64,000 nt of DNA from Patescibacteria group bacterium (GTDB lineage Bacteria > Patescibacteriota > Patescibacteriia > Patescibacteriales > UBA12465), in contig JBMNFW010000001.1 of NCBI GenBank assembly GCA_050949525.1, positions 271,890 to 335,889 on the forward strand. Direction: 5' to 3'. The stretch's first letter is position 1, and each line of letters starts with the position of its first letter. The notes under the pieces were generated by a model, which searched no databases, was not told where the DNA came from, and saw only the letters and a list, made by a program, of their open reading frames with translations. This document shows positions 51,827-60,491 of the stretch, piece by piece. The position numbers and the translations under genes are program-made.

Positions 51827-54349
51827 ATGAGTAATAACATTAGTGATCAATTATTTTTAGAGGGAGAAAGAGTAGTCGAAAGAAACCTCGATTTTTTATA
51901 TTTTATTGGAATTGTTTTAATTCTTTTTTTTATTTTATTAATAGTTCGTTATCTCATAAAATATTTTAGTGTTAAGAATAAAACTAATCCTAACACTATT
52001 TTTTTAATTAGAGTTCCTAAAGAAAAACCAAAAGATCAGGATAGCACTTTGAGTGTTCAACAATTACAAGAAGAAATATCTATTGGTGAGAATGTTTTTT
52101 CGGCGGTGGGAGGATTAAGAGTTAAGAAAAGTATTGTTGATTGGTTTTTTGGTCGTAATGATAATTTTTCTTTTGAAATAGTGGCTAATAAAGGTAAGAT
52201 ATCTTTTTATGTCACTGCTCCTAAAGATAAGGCTTTGTATTTGGAGCAGCAAATTCATGCTCATTATCCAGATGCGATGGTTGAAGAGGTTGAGGATTAT
52301 AATGCTTTTAATCCTCAAGGATTTATTAGGGCTGGTCGTTTAAAGGCAGCTCGTAGTTTTATTTTCCCATTTTTAGATTATAAAGATATGGAGTCTGATC
52401 CGATGAATTCTTTGATTAATGTTATGTCTAAATTAGATCCCAGTGAGAGTATTGCTATCCAATATGTGGTTCGAAGTGCTAAAAAAACTTGGCACACTAA
52501 AGTTAAGCGGGCGGTTTTAAATGCTAATAAAAAGAATGATGTTAAGGAGATTTTCCGAACTAGTAGTTCAGCTTTTCATAATGCGGTTAATTTTTTTGTT
52601 TATGATATTGTTTTAGGTCTTTTTAATATGGGGCGAGCTGATTCTAATTCTGAACCTGGGGCTAATCAAAAAGAATTAACTGAAAAAGAAAGGGAGATGT
52701 TAAAGAAAATGGAGGATAAAAATGCTAAACCAGGTTTAGATGTTAATTTGCGAGTAATAGTTAGCTCTGATAGAGAGGATCGAGCTAAGACTTTTTTTGA
52801 TAATATTACTAATGCTTTTAGTGAATATACTTATTATCAGTATGGAAATTATTTTCAGAGAGTTAAAAAGGCTAGACAAGAAGATATTATTAATAATTTT
52901 ATTTATCGTCGATTTATAGAAAGTCAAAGCTTTTTATTAAGTACCCAAGAATTAGTTAGTATGTTTCATTTTCCTTTAGCTCACACTGAAACACCTAATA
53001 TTGATTGGTTAACTTCTAAGACTGCTCCCGCTCCGTCTAATATTCCTAAAGAGGGTACTATTTTAGGTTATAATCTTTATCGTGGCGTTAGAACTGATAT
53101 TAGGATTAAGAATGTTGATCGTCGACGTCATATGTATATAGTGGGTAAATCTGGAACTGGTAAATCAGTATTGTTAAATAATTTAGCTATTCAAGATATT
53201 GAGAATGGACATGGGGTTTGTGTTATGGATCCTAATGGAGATTTGATTGAGGATATTTTAAATCGAATTCCACCGGAGAGAGCTGAAGATGTTATTATTT
53301 TTTCACCAGCTGACACCCAAAGACCAATCGGTTTAAATTTATTAGAATATGATCCTCGATATCCTGAGCAAAAGACCTTTGTTATTAATGAAATGATTGG
53401 TATTTTTGATAAACTTTATGATTTAAAGGCTACTGGAGGACCGATGTTTGAACAATATATGAGAAATGCTTTATTACTGATCATGGATAGCCCTGAGACT
53501 GGATCCACGCTAATGGAAATTTCTAAAGTTTTAGCGGATGAGGATTTTCGTCGAATGAAATTATCTTTGTGTAAGAATAAGACAGTAGTTGATTTCTGGC
53601 AAAAGGAAGCTGAAAAAGCCGGTGGAGAAGCCGCTTTAGCTAATATGGTACCTTATATCACTTCTAAATTAACCCCTTTTGTTTCTAATGATATGATGAT
53701 GCCTATTATTGGTCAGCAAAAAAGCGCTTTTAATTTTAGAGATTTAATGGATAATCAAAAAATATTAATGGTTGATTTACCTAAAGGTTCTATTGGTGAA
53801 ACTAATGCCTATCTTTTGGGTATGATTATTGTTGGTAAAATATTGATGTCAGCGTTATCAAGAACTGATATACCACAAGAACAACGTAAAGATTTTTATT
53901 TATATATTGATGAGTTTCAAAACTTTACCACTAATTCTATTTGTCAAATTTTATCTGAGGCTCGTAAATATGCTTTATGTTTAAATATTGCTCATCAATA
54001 TATTGGACAGTTAAGTAAAAATCAGGATACTGAAATTAAAGATGCAGTTTTTGGTAACGTTGGTACTATGATTAGTTTTAGGGTTGGTTCGGAGGATGCT
54101 GAATTTTTGGTTAAAGAATTTGGTCCGGTTTTTAATGAATATGATTTAGTTAATGTGGGTCGTGGAGCTTTTGTTAAACTTTTAGTTGATGGTCAAGGAG
54201 TTAGACCTTTTTCTCTTCAAACTATTTGGCCTTTAATGGGTAAGGCTAGAGATGGAATGTCAGAAAATATTAGACAATTAAGTCGATTTAAATATGGGCG
54301 TGATCGTGATGTTATTATGAAAGAAATAGCTTTACGCTCTATTGATTAA
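51827..54349 (+). CDS. Membrane-anchored P-loop ATPase of the TraD/VirD4/TrwB (type IV coupling protein)-like family
   Basis: N-terminal TM FIGIVLILFFILLIV. Walker A is IVGKSGTGKS and the Walker B-like motif is FYLYIDEFQNF. ARKYALCLNIAHQYIGQL resembles the TraG/TraD C-terminal signature. About 380 aa between the TM and the P-loop are unassigned. Confidence 0.65.
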   Translation: MSNNISDQLFLEGERVVERNLDFLYFIGIVLILFFILLIVRYLIKYFSVKNKTNPNTIFLIRVPKEKPKDQDSTLSVQQLQEEISIGENVFSAVGGLRVKKSIVDWFFGRNDNFSFEIVANKGKISFYVTAPKDKALYLEQQIHAHYPDAMVEEVEDYNAFNPQGFIRAGRLKAARSFIFPFLDYKDMESDPMNSLINVMSKLDPSESIAIQYVVRSAKKTWHTKVKRAVLNANKKNDVKEIFRTSSSAFHNAVNFFVYDIVLGLFNMGRADSNSEPGANQKELTEKEREMLKKMEDKNAKPGLDVNLRVIVSSDREDRAKTFFDNITNAFSEYTYYQYGNYFQRVKKARQEDIINNFIYRRFIESQSFLLSTQELVSMFHFPLAHTETPNIDWLTSKTAPAPSNIPKEGTILGYNLYRGVRTDIRIKNVDRRRHMYIVGKSGTGKSVLLNNLAIQDIENGHGVCVMDPNGDLIEDILNRIPPERAEDVIIFSPADTQRPIGLNLLEYDPRYPEQKTFVINEMIGIFDKLYDLKATGGPMFEQYMRNALLLIMDSPETGSTLMEISKVLADEDFRRMKLSLCKNKTVVDFWQKEAEKAGGEAALANMVPYITSKLTPFVSNDMMMPIIGQQKSAFNFRDLMDNQKILMVDLPKGSIGETNAYLLGMIIVGKILMSALSRTDIPQEQRKDFYLYIDEFQNFTTNSICQILSEARKYALCLNIAHQYIGQLSKNQDTEIKDAVFGNVGTMISFRVGSEDAEFLVKEFGPVFNEYDLVNVGRGAFVKLLVDGQGVRPFSLQTIWPLMGKARDGMSENIRQLSRFKYGRDRDVIMKEIALRSID

Positions 54350-54373
54350 ATATATAATTAATTTAAATATCTT

Positions 54374-57300
54374 ATGTCTACAAGAAATTTAATGCTTAGA
54401 ATTTTTCTTTATTCAATTCTAATCGTTAGCTCTATTCATTTTATCAATATTAAAGGGATGATAAATGATTGTTGTAATAATCCTTTTGTTTTTCAAAATT
54501 TTTCTGCTCGAGCGGCCGATGATCTTTTTTATACCGGAGATACTAAGGTTTTAGAGCCAGTCGGAGCTGATTCTTTAGTGTCTCTTAATAAGGGGTATAT
54601 TAAAATTGATGGTATTAGTCAGATATTTTTTGATGGCACAATTAATGAATTAAAAGATTTTAGTTTTTCTAAACAACGACCATCAGATGTTTTTGGTTCA
54701 GGGGTGGGATATTTTAGATTTCAACTAGGGGCACCCTATAAAGAAGCTGAAAGTGTGGTGTATATTATTAATAATGATAAACATTTTTCGGCTAATTTAA
54801 AAAATGGTTGGTTTGAATTAGATTATCCGATTGCTGTAAATAAAGATGGTAATTGGCTTCCTATTAATGGACAGACACAAAATTTATTAATTAAGTTTAT
54901 TGATAAGGATAAAAATGAAATTGGAATCAAGAGTTTAGTTATTAGTAATTCGGAAATTAAATCTGAATCTGAGTCATTTAGTGGAAAGGCAGTTCGAGCT
55001 TTTAGTAATAATATTCCTGCTGAACTGATGAATGTTTCTGATGGGGCGGTTGATATTTATCCTTTTACTGTTAAACAAGATGGATCTACTAATTATGATC
55101 AATTAAGATTACTTAGTGATCCTAATTTTCCTGATAATAAGTATTTAGATCTTTATTTTCCAGTTGAGGAAACTGTGACTACTGTTACCAAACTTAGTCC
55201 TGAGGAAATAGAGGTTTTAGAAAGTGATTTAGCTGATTTAGAGTTATTAATTGCGGAAAAAGATGCTCCATATTTAGCTCAAATAGAGGCCTTAGAACAA
55301 GAATTAATCCGTTTAAAAGCTGAGTATAATAATGCTAGTACTGATGAAGAGAGAAAAGAAAAAATAGAAAATTTAATCAAGGATGTTTATATTCGGAAAA
55401 ATGAAGAAGATAATAAGAGGATGAGTGAATTAGGAGGATTGTTTCAGCAAAGAGATGAGTTGATTAATACCATAAATAAGGGGGAGATAGAGACTATTGA
55501 AAATCTTGATATTGATCAGGTTTCTTTTATTCTTAATAATGAGGAATACAGTTCTAGTAGTGGCGATTATATTTTAAATTATGATCCAGTTAAACAGAAT
55601 GTCGAAGTTTTATTTGCGGTTGCCAAAAAAGAAGCTGATGGAAAGTTTTATCCTTATTACCCCTCTGGATCAAAAAATAATTTTAGTCTCATAGCTAAAC
55701 CAATAGTACCAGATTATAAATTAGAAGATAGATATTTAGTGGTTAGTTTTCAGGTTAATGGCGTTTTACCACCAGTTATTGGTGATATAAAACCACTTCC
55801 GGTTCAGTATTTGGCATCTCCAATGAATGTTTTTGATATTTCTGATGGAAATATTAGTGTTAATTCTGATATTTATTTTTTCAAAGATGGTAATAAAGAA
55901 CAATTATATAATAATAATTTGGATCTCCTTCATACCTTCCCTGAAGGAGGTGAAGGTTTAAAAGACTTAAATCCTAAGTGTCGTTATTTTAATTTTTCTT
56001 TGGATTTAAAGACTAATAATCCAATTACTCTTCATTATTTTAAATATATTTCTGATGGACAAGAGTTTGAAATTAGTGAGCTCGGGAAAAAGGGAGCTGT
56101 TATGATAGTTGATGATCAGCACCCTAATAAAGTTGATTTATATTATCCACTTGTTTGTGAGAATCGGGCTACTAAGGGATTAGATATTCAATTACAAATA
56201 TCTTATACCATTTTATTAAAAACTGATAAGGGGGAGGAAAGTGAAGATCATAAATATTATCTTAATATTAATTTGAAGCCAGTTACAGTTTGTGAAAGAA
56301 ATTATCAAAGTTTTGAGATACCAGCTGAATCCTTTTATTTTAGTGATGAGTATTTGGATAAATATGCTCAAAAGAGGGATAGTTTTGTTTATTATAATTA
56401 TCCTTTAAATATTGATATGCAGAAAAAATATAATGATCAAAGAGTGGCTAGTTTTTCCGGATTAAATAATTTTAAATATTTTCAATTGAAATTTAGGCCA
56501 CTTAAAATAGAAATAGAAAAGGATAAGTTTATAGAAATGAAGTTTCTTAATATTGATAATATCAAAGATTATTCTGAAAATATTATTTCTGATTCTGATT
56601 CTATTTATTTTACTGCTTTAAATTATAATAATAAAAAGCTGGAACCTTATAGTTTAGACGCTGATTTAAGATTAAATTTTAAGGATGATCGATGTAGTAT
56701 TTATTCTAGCGATTTTAAAATCATTTCTAAACCAGTAATTGAGGAAAGATATGTTGGAGTCACCACTCCAGTTATTGATCAAGTTAAGGTAGAGCCTAAA
56801 TATATTGAATCATATGATCCAATAAGCGGTAAATTAATTAGAGAGGAGATTAAAGAGAAAATTTTATCAGAAGCTGAGATGATTGATCAAAGTAGTATTA
56901 AGAAAAAGGTTAAAGAGATGCTATTAAATTCAGTTCAGTTAGAGCAAGAAGATATTGAATTGGAAAAGAAAGTAGAAACTAGATATCAAAATATTTTAAC
57001 TAGTACCGTTAGTCCTGAAGCTAAAATATCTTTAAGAAACTATTTAAGTTATGGTAGTGAAAGCACTCTTAGATTAGGGGAGGGGCAGAGAGCTGCTACG
57101 GTTATCAACTATACTAATTTTAAAGGTAGAAGTCCGGAGGGTGAAGATGATATTGAGAATGTTTTAAAAATTGCTAATAATATAATTCCTTTAATGCGAA
57201 ATCCTGAATTAGAACCAAAATTAGTTGGAAATTTTCATCGTTTAAATAATATCATTAAGGATAATGATATTACTAAAATTGATGAAAATAATTTAATTTT

Positions 57301-57571
57301 AGAATTAAATCAGTTCCTAAGATTCGCTTATGGAATTTTTCCAATGGAAAGAAGTTTAGCTCGAGAAAATTGGGCTATTGATATTTTTGTTAAGAATTAT
57401 AATAAATTACCTCAAAGTAGTGGAGATTGGAGAATTGTTAATTCTTGGGCTTATCGTAATACTTTAATCGATCAGGTGGCTACTTGGCAGGAATGGATTA
57501 ATTTAGCTTCTGATAAATATTCTGAAGTTAATACTGATCTTCTAGATGAATTCTTTAATTTACTTCAATAA
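54374..57571 (+). CDS. Giant (1065 aa) N-terminally anchored hypothetical protein
   Basis: N-terminal hydrophobic helix LRIFLYSILIVSSIHFINI. A central coiled-coil-like segment runs LESDLADLELLIAEKDAPYLAQIEALEQELIRLKAEYNN. No domain I recognise. Confidence 0.6.
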   Translation: MSTRNLMLRIFLYSILIVSSIHFINIKGMINDCCNNPFVFQNFSARAADDLFYTGDTKVLEPVGADSLVSLNKGYIKIDGISQIFFDGTINELKDFSFSKQRPSDVFGSGVGYFRFQLGAPYKEAESVVYIINNDKHFSANLKNGWFELDYPIAVNKDGNWLPINGQTQNLLIKFIDKDKNEIGIKSLVISNSEIKSESESFSGKAVRAFSNNIPAELMNVSDGAVDIYPFTVKQDGSTNYDQLRLLSDPNFPDNKYLDLYFPVEETVTTVTKLSPEEIEVLESDLADLELLIAEKDAPYLAQIEALEQELIRLKAEYNNASTDEERKEKIENLIKDVYIRKNEEDNKRMSELGGLFQQRDELINTINKGEIETIENLDIDQVSFILNNEEYSSSSGDYILNYDPVKQNVEVLFAVAKKEADGKFYPYYPSGSKNNFSLIAKPIVPDYKLEDRYLVVSFQVNGVLPPVIGDIKPLPVQYLASPMNVFDISDGNISVNSDIYFFKDGNKEQLYNNNLDLLHTFPEGGEGLKDLNPKCRYFNFSLDLKTNNPITLHYFKYISDGQEFEISELGKKGAVMIVDDQHPNKVDLYYPLVCENRATKGLDIQLQISYTILLKTDKGEESEDHKYYLNINLKPVTVCERNYQSFEIPAESFYFSDEYLDKYAQKRDSFVYYNYPLNIDMQKKYNDQRVASFSGLNNFKYFQLKFRPLKIEIEKDKFIEMKFLNIDNIKDYSENIISDSDSIYFTALNYNNKKLEPYSLDADLRLNFKDDRCSIYSSDFKIISKPVIEERYVGVTTPVIDQVKVEPKYIESYDPISGKLIREEIKEKILSEAEMIDQSSIKKKVKEMLLNSVQLEQEDIELEKKVETRYQNILTSTVSPEAKISLRNYLSYGSESTLRLGEGQRAATVINYTNFKGRSPEGEDDIENVLKIANNIIPLMRNPELEPKLVGNFHRLNNIIKDNDITKIDENNLILELNQFLRFAYGIFPMERSLARENWAIDIFVKNYNKLPQSSGDWRIVNSWAYRNTLIDQVATWQEWINLASDKYSEVNTDLLDEFFNLLQ

Positions 57572-57573
57572 AG

Positions 57574-58368
57574 ATGATAATTGATTTACTTAAGAGTTTA
57601 GTACTGGGGGCCGTACAAGGTTTTACTGAGTTTTTACCTATTTCATCTACAGCTCATTTAATTATTGGGGTTCGATGGATGAATCTGCCAATGAGTAGCT
57701 TTATGAAAAGCTATATTATTATAATTCAGTTGGCTTCTATTTTAGCTGTTGTTATTTTCTTTTGGAAAAAGTTGTGGTCCAATCCTTGGATTTATTTCAA
57801 AAAATTATTAGTGGCTTTTATTCCCACTGCTGTTATAGGTTTTTTAGCCTATAATTTAGTTAAAAATTTTTTACAAGAAAGTTTAGCAATTATTGCTTTA
57901 GCTTTATTATTAGGGGGAGTTTTAATGTTAAAATTAGAGCGAAGATATAGTGAAAAAAATAAAGATAATTTAGTGGATAATTTAGATATTAGTTCCATTT
58001 CTTATTGGCAATGTTTTTTAATTGGAATTTTCCAATCTTTAGCCATAATTCCAGGGGTGTCTCGTTCAGCTGCTACTATTTTAGGCGGTCTTTCCTTAGG
58101 TATTAGGCGTTTATTAATAGTAGAATTTTCTTTTTTTCTAGCTATTCCAACTATGTTAGCAGCCTCTTCTTTAGATTTAATAAAAAGTGAATTTAATTTT
58201 TCTTCTTCAGAATTAATTTTTTTAGGAGTTGGGTTTATAGCTTCATTTTTTGTAGCTTGGCTCAGTATTAAATTTTTACTTAATTTTATTAAAAAGTATA
58301 ACTTTAATCCTTTTGCTTGGTATCGAATAATATTTGGGACTCTTGTTTTATCTTATTTGTATTTATAA
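57574..58368 (+). CDS. uppP: Undecaprenyl-diphosphate phosphatase (BacA/UppP)
   Basis: GFTEFLPISSTAHL and PGVSRSAATI motifs. Confidence 0.92.
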   Translation: MIIDLLKSLVLGAVQGFTEFLPISSTAHLIIGVRWMNLPMSSFMKSYIIIIQLASILAVVIFFWKKLWSNPWIYFKKLLVAFIPTAVIGFLAYNLVKNFLQESLAIIALALLLGGVLMLKLERRYSEKNKDNLVDNLDISSISYWQCFLIGIFQSLAIIPGVSRSAATILGGLSLGIRRLLIVEFSFFLAIPTMLAASSLDLIKSEFNFSSSELIFLGVGFIASFFVAWLSIKFLLNFIKKYNFNPFAWYRIIFGTLVLSYLYL

Positions 58369-58370
58369 AT

Positions 58371-58402
58371 AAAAAACAAGCTTTTAGATAGCTTGTTTTT
58401 TT
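58371..58402. terminator. Bidirectional intrinsic terminator
   Basis: AAAAACAAGC...GCTTGTTTTT with a 9-nt loop, between convergent uppP and rplA. Confidence 0.8.
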
Positions 58403-58410
58403 ATAATATA

Positions 58411-59064
58411 TTAAAGAGAAACTTTTATTCCGGGACCCATAGTGGAGTTAATACTTAGATTTTTAATATAAACTCCTTTGGAGGAATTGGGTTTAGCTTT
58501 TTTTACGGCTTCAATTAGAGCTACTAAGTTTTCTTCTAGTTTCTGTTTATCAAAACTTAGTTTTCCAATAATAGCGTGAACATTTCCGGTATCATCATTT
58601 TTAAAGCTAATTTTTCCTTTTTTTAGTTCTTCAATAGCTTTAGCTGGATTATTAGTTACAGTATCATTTTTAGGGGAGGGCATCAGACCTCGGGTTCCTA
58701 AGATTTTAGCTATTTTAGCTAAATTTTTCATCATATCCATATCAGCTACCGCTATTTCAAAATCAGTTTTTTCGGTTTTTATAATTTCTTCAATTAAATC
58801 TTCTCCTCCTACTATATCGGCTCCGGCTTCTTTAGCAGCTTTTTCGTTTTCCGGTGAAACAAAAGCAGCTATTTTTATGGTTTTTCCGGTTCCATGAGGT
58901 AGGCTCACAGTTGATCGTACTTGTTGCTCACCTTTTTTAGTATCAATACCTAATCTAAAATGAGCTTCAACTGAGGCGTCGAATTTAGCTTTTTTTAATT
59001 CCTGACACCAGGCAATTGCCTCGCTGATGGAATATGATTTATTTTTGTCAAATGTTTTTTCCAT
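58411..59064 (-). CDS. rplA: 50S ribosomal protein L1
   Basis: VEAHFRLGIDTKKGEQQVRSTVSLPHGTGK and GTRGLMPSPK. Confidence 0.95.
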   Translation of the reverse strand: MEKTFDKNKSYSISEAIAWCQELKKAKFDASVEAHFRLGIDTKKGEQQVRSTVSLPHGTGKTIKIAAFVSPENEKAAKEAGADIVGGEDLIEEIIKTEKTDFEIAVADMDMMKNLAKIAKILGTRGLMPSPKNDTVTNNPAKAIEELKKGKISFKNDDTGNVHAIIGKLSFDKQKLEENLVALIEAVKKAKPNSSKGVYIKNLSINSTMGPGIKVSL

Positions 59065-59074
59065 AGATTTATTT

Positions 59075-59107
59075 AGTGGTAATAACGAAAAATATTTCTC
59101 CCACCTT
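59075..59107 (-). promoter_or_regulatory. Candidate L1-binding mRNA element (mimic of the base of the 23S L1 stalk) upstream of rplA
   Basis: The minus-strand RNA reads AAGGUGGGAGAAAUAUUUUUCGUUAUUACCACU. GGUGGGAG and UACCAC recall the AGGUGGGAG...AAAUACCACC strands that flank the L1 stalk in 23S rRNA (recalled from memory). GGUGG can pair with CCACU. Confidence 0.35.
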
Positions 59108-59120
59108 AATTAGTAATTAT

Positions 59121-59546
59121 TTAATCTTTTATTTCTACTCCCATTTGTCTAGCAGTGCCAGCAATTATTTTACTAGCTTGCTCGACATCAGTGGTATTAA
59201 GGTCGGCCATTTTCTTTTTAGCAATTTCCATTAATTGAGCTTTAGTAATTGAGGCGACCTTATCACTTAGAGGCTTACCAGATCCTTTAGAAATTTTAGC
59301 CTCTTTTTTAATTAATTCAGCGGCGGGAGGTGATTTCATGACAAAATCAAAACTATGATCATCATAGACGCTAATTTCAACTGGAACAACTTCACCCATT
59401 CGATCTTTACTAGCATCATTAAATTTACTGCAGAAGTCTTGAATATTTAAACCATGTTGACCTAAAGCTGGTCCAACTGGTGGAGCTGGATTAGCTTGTC
59501 CAGCATTGATTTGTAGTTTTATTTTAGTTAATAATTTTTTAGCCAT
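59121..59546 (-). CDS. rplK: 50S ribosomal protein L11
   Basis: [35 protein letters not shown]. Confidence 0.96.
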   Translation of the reverse strand: MAKKLLTKIKLQINAGQANPAPPVGPALGQHGLNIQDFCSKFNDASKDRMGEVVPVEISVYDDHSFDFVMKSPPAAELIKKEAKISKGSGKPLSDKVASITKAQLMEIAKKKMADLNTTDVEQASKIIAGTARQMGVEIKD

Positions 59547-59607
59547 ACTTTTAAATTAATAATTTGAAGAAGCAATCATATTTTTATGATTTCAAATTAT
59601 GTTTAAA

Positions 59608-60153
59608 TTATATTTTTTTAATTTGTAAAAAATCTAATTCTACTGGGGTTTCTCGATCAAAAATAGAGACATTAACCTTAACTTTACCTCTAGCTTCATC
59701 AATATTAGTTACTTTACCTTCAAAGTTTTTAAATGGTCCGTCATTAATTTTTACCAATTCTCCTAATTCAATATCAATTTTGTATTTAGGTTCTTCGACC
59801 CCCATTCGTTTCATTAGGGCTTGAACTTCTTTTTCGCTGATAGGGGTTGGTACTGTACCCACACCAATAAATCCAGTGACATTGGGGGTATTTCTAACTA
59901 TATACCAAGATTCATCAGTTACGATCATTTCCACTAACACATAACCAGGGAAAATTTTTTCCTCTACTACTTTTCTTTTACCATTTTTTATTTTAATCTT
60001 TTTTTCAATAGGAACCAAAACATTGAATATTTTTTTATCCGCATCCAGGTTTTCTATTCTTTGTCTTAAATTATGGGCTACATTTTCTTCATAACCAGAA
60101 TAGGTGTGTAGGACATACCAACGTCGGCCCTCATTTAGATTTTGTTTAGCCAT
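59608..60153 (-). CDS. nusG: Transcription termination/antitermination factor NusG
   Basis: RRWYVLHTYSGYEENV NGN domain and KOW motif GELVKINDGPFKNFEGKV. Confidence 0.94.
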   Translation of the reverse strand: MAKQNLNEGRRWYVLHTYSGYEENVAHNLRQRIENLDADKKIFNVLVPIEKKIKIKNGKRKVVEEKIFPGYVLVEMIVTDESWYIVRNTPNVTGFIGVGTVPTPISEKEVQALMKRMGVEEPKYKIDIELGELVKINDGPFKNFEGKVTNIDEARGKVKVNVSIFDRETPVELDFLQIKKI

Positions 60154-60162
60154 ATTATTCTA

Positions 60163-60351
60163 TTATATTTTTGTGATTAAAGTTTCTAAACCTAAGTTAA
60201 AAATTAAGTCTAAGGCCCCTAAAAAGATAGCCATCGCTAAACTTAACCCAATTACTAAGAAAGTATAGCGATAAGTCTCTTTTTTACTTGGCCAAGTGAC
60301 TTTTTTCAGTTCAATAATAGACTCTTTTACGTATTTTGATATCTTATTCAT
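60163..60351 (-). CDS. secE: Preprotein translocase subunit SecE
   Basis: IELKKVTWPSKKET followed by a single TM; upstream of nusG. Confidence 0.9.
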   Translation of the reverse strand: MNKISKYVKESIIELKKVTWPSKKETYRYTFLVIGLSLAMAIFLGALDLIFNLGLETLITKI

Positions 60352-60397
60352 ATCTGTTTTGTTTAAATTAAAAACAGCCTGCGGGGCTTATGTTTAT

Positions 60398-60426
60398 ATA
60401 ATAGTAAAGTAGGGGAAATAAGTCAA
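60398..60426 (-). promoter_or_regulatory. Promoter of secE-nusG-rplK-rplA
   Basis: On the minus strand: TTGACT, 17 nt, TATTAT. Confidence 0.55.
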
Positions 60427-60491
60427 GTTTAGTTTGATTTTTTATTTTATTTATTATATTATACTGGTATAGTATTAAATAATAAAATAAT

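Noticed and set aside
51392-51850. 152-aa minus-strand ORF opposite the 171-aa K/E-rich gene
   Set aside because: Its F/S/L-rich sequence is simply the complement of GAA/AAA/AAG codons. The plus-strand ORF fits the operon spacing, with 2-5-nt junctions on both sides.
59547-59607. AT-only nested hairpin (TTTGAA...AATCATA-aaaa-TATGATT...TTCAAA) in the nusG-rplK spacer, as an L11/L1 regulatory leader
   Set aside because: It is entirely A-T pairing in an AT-rich spacer with no rRNA-like motif. The rplK-rplA spacer is the better candidate.
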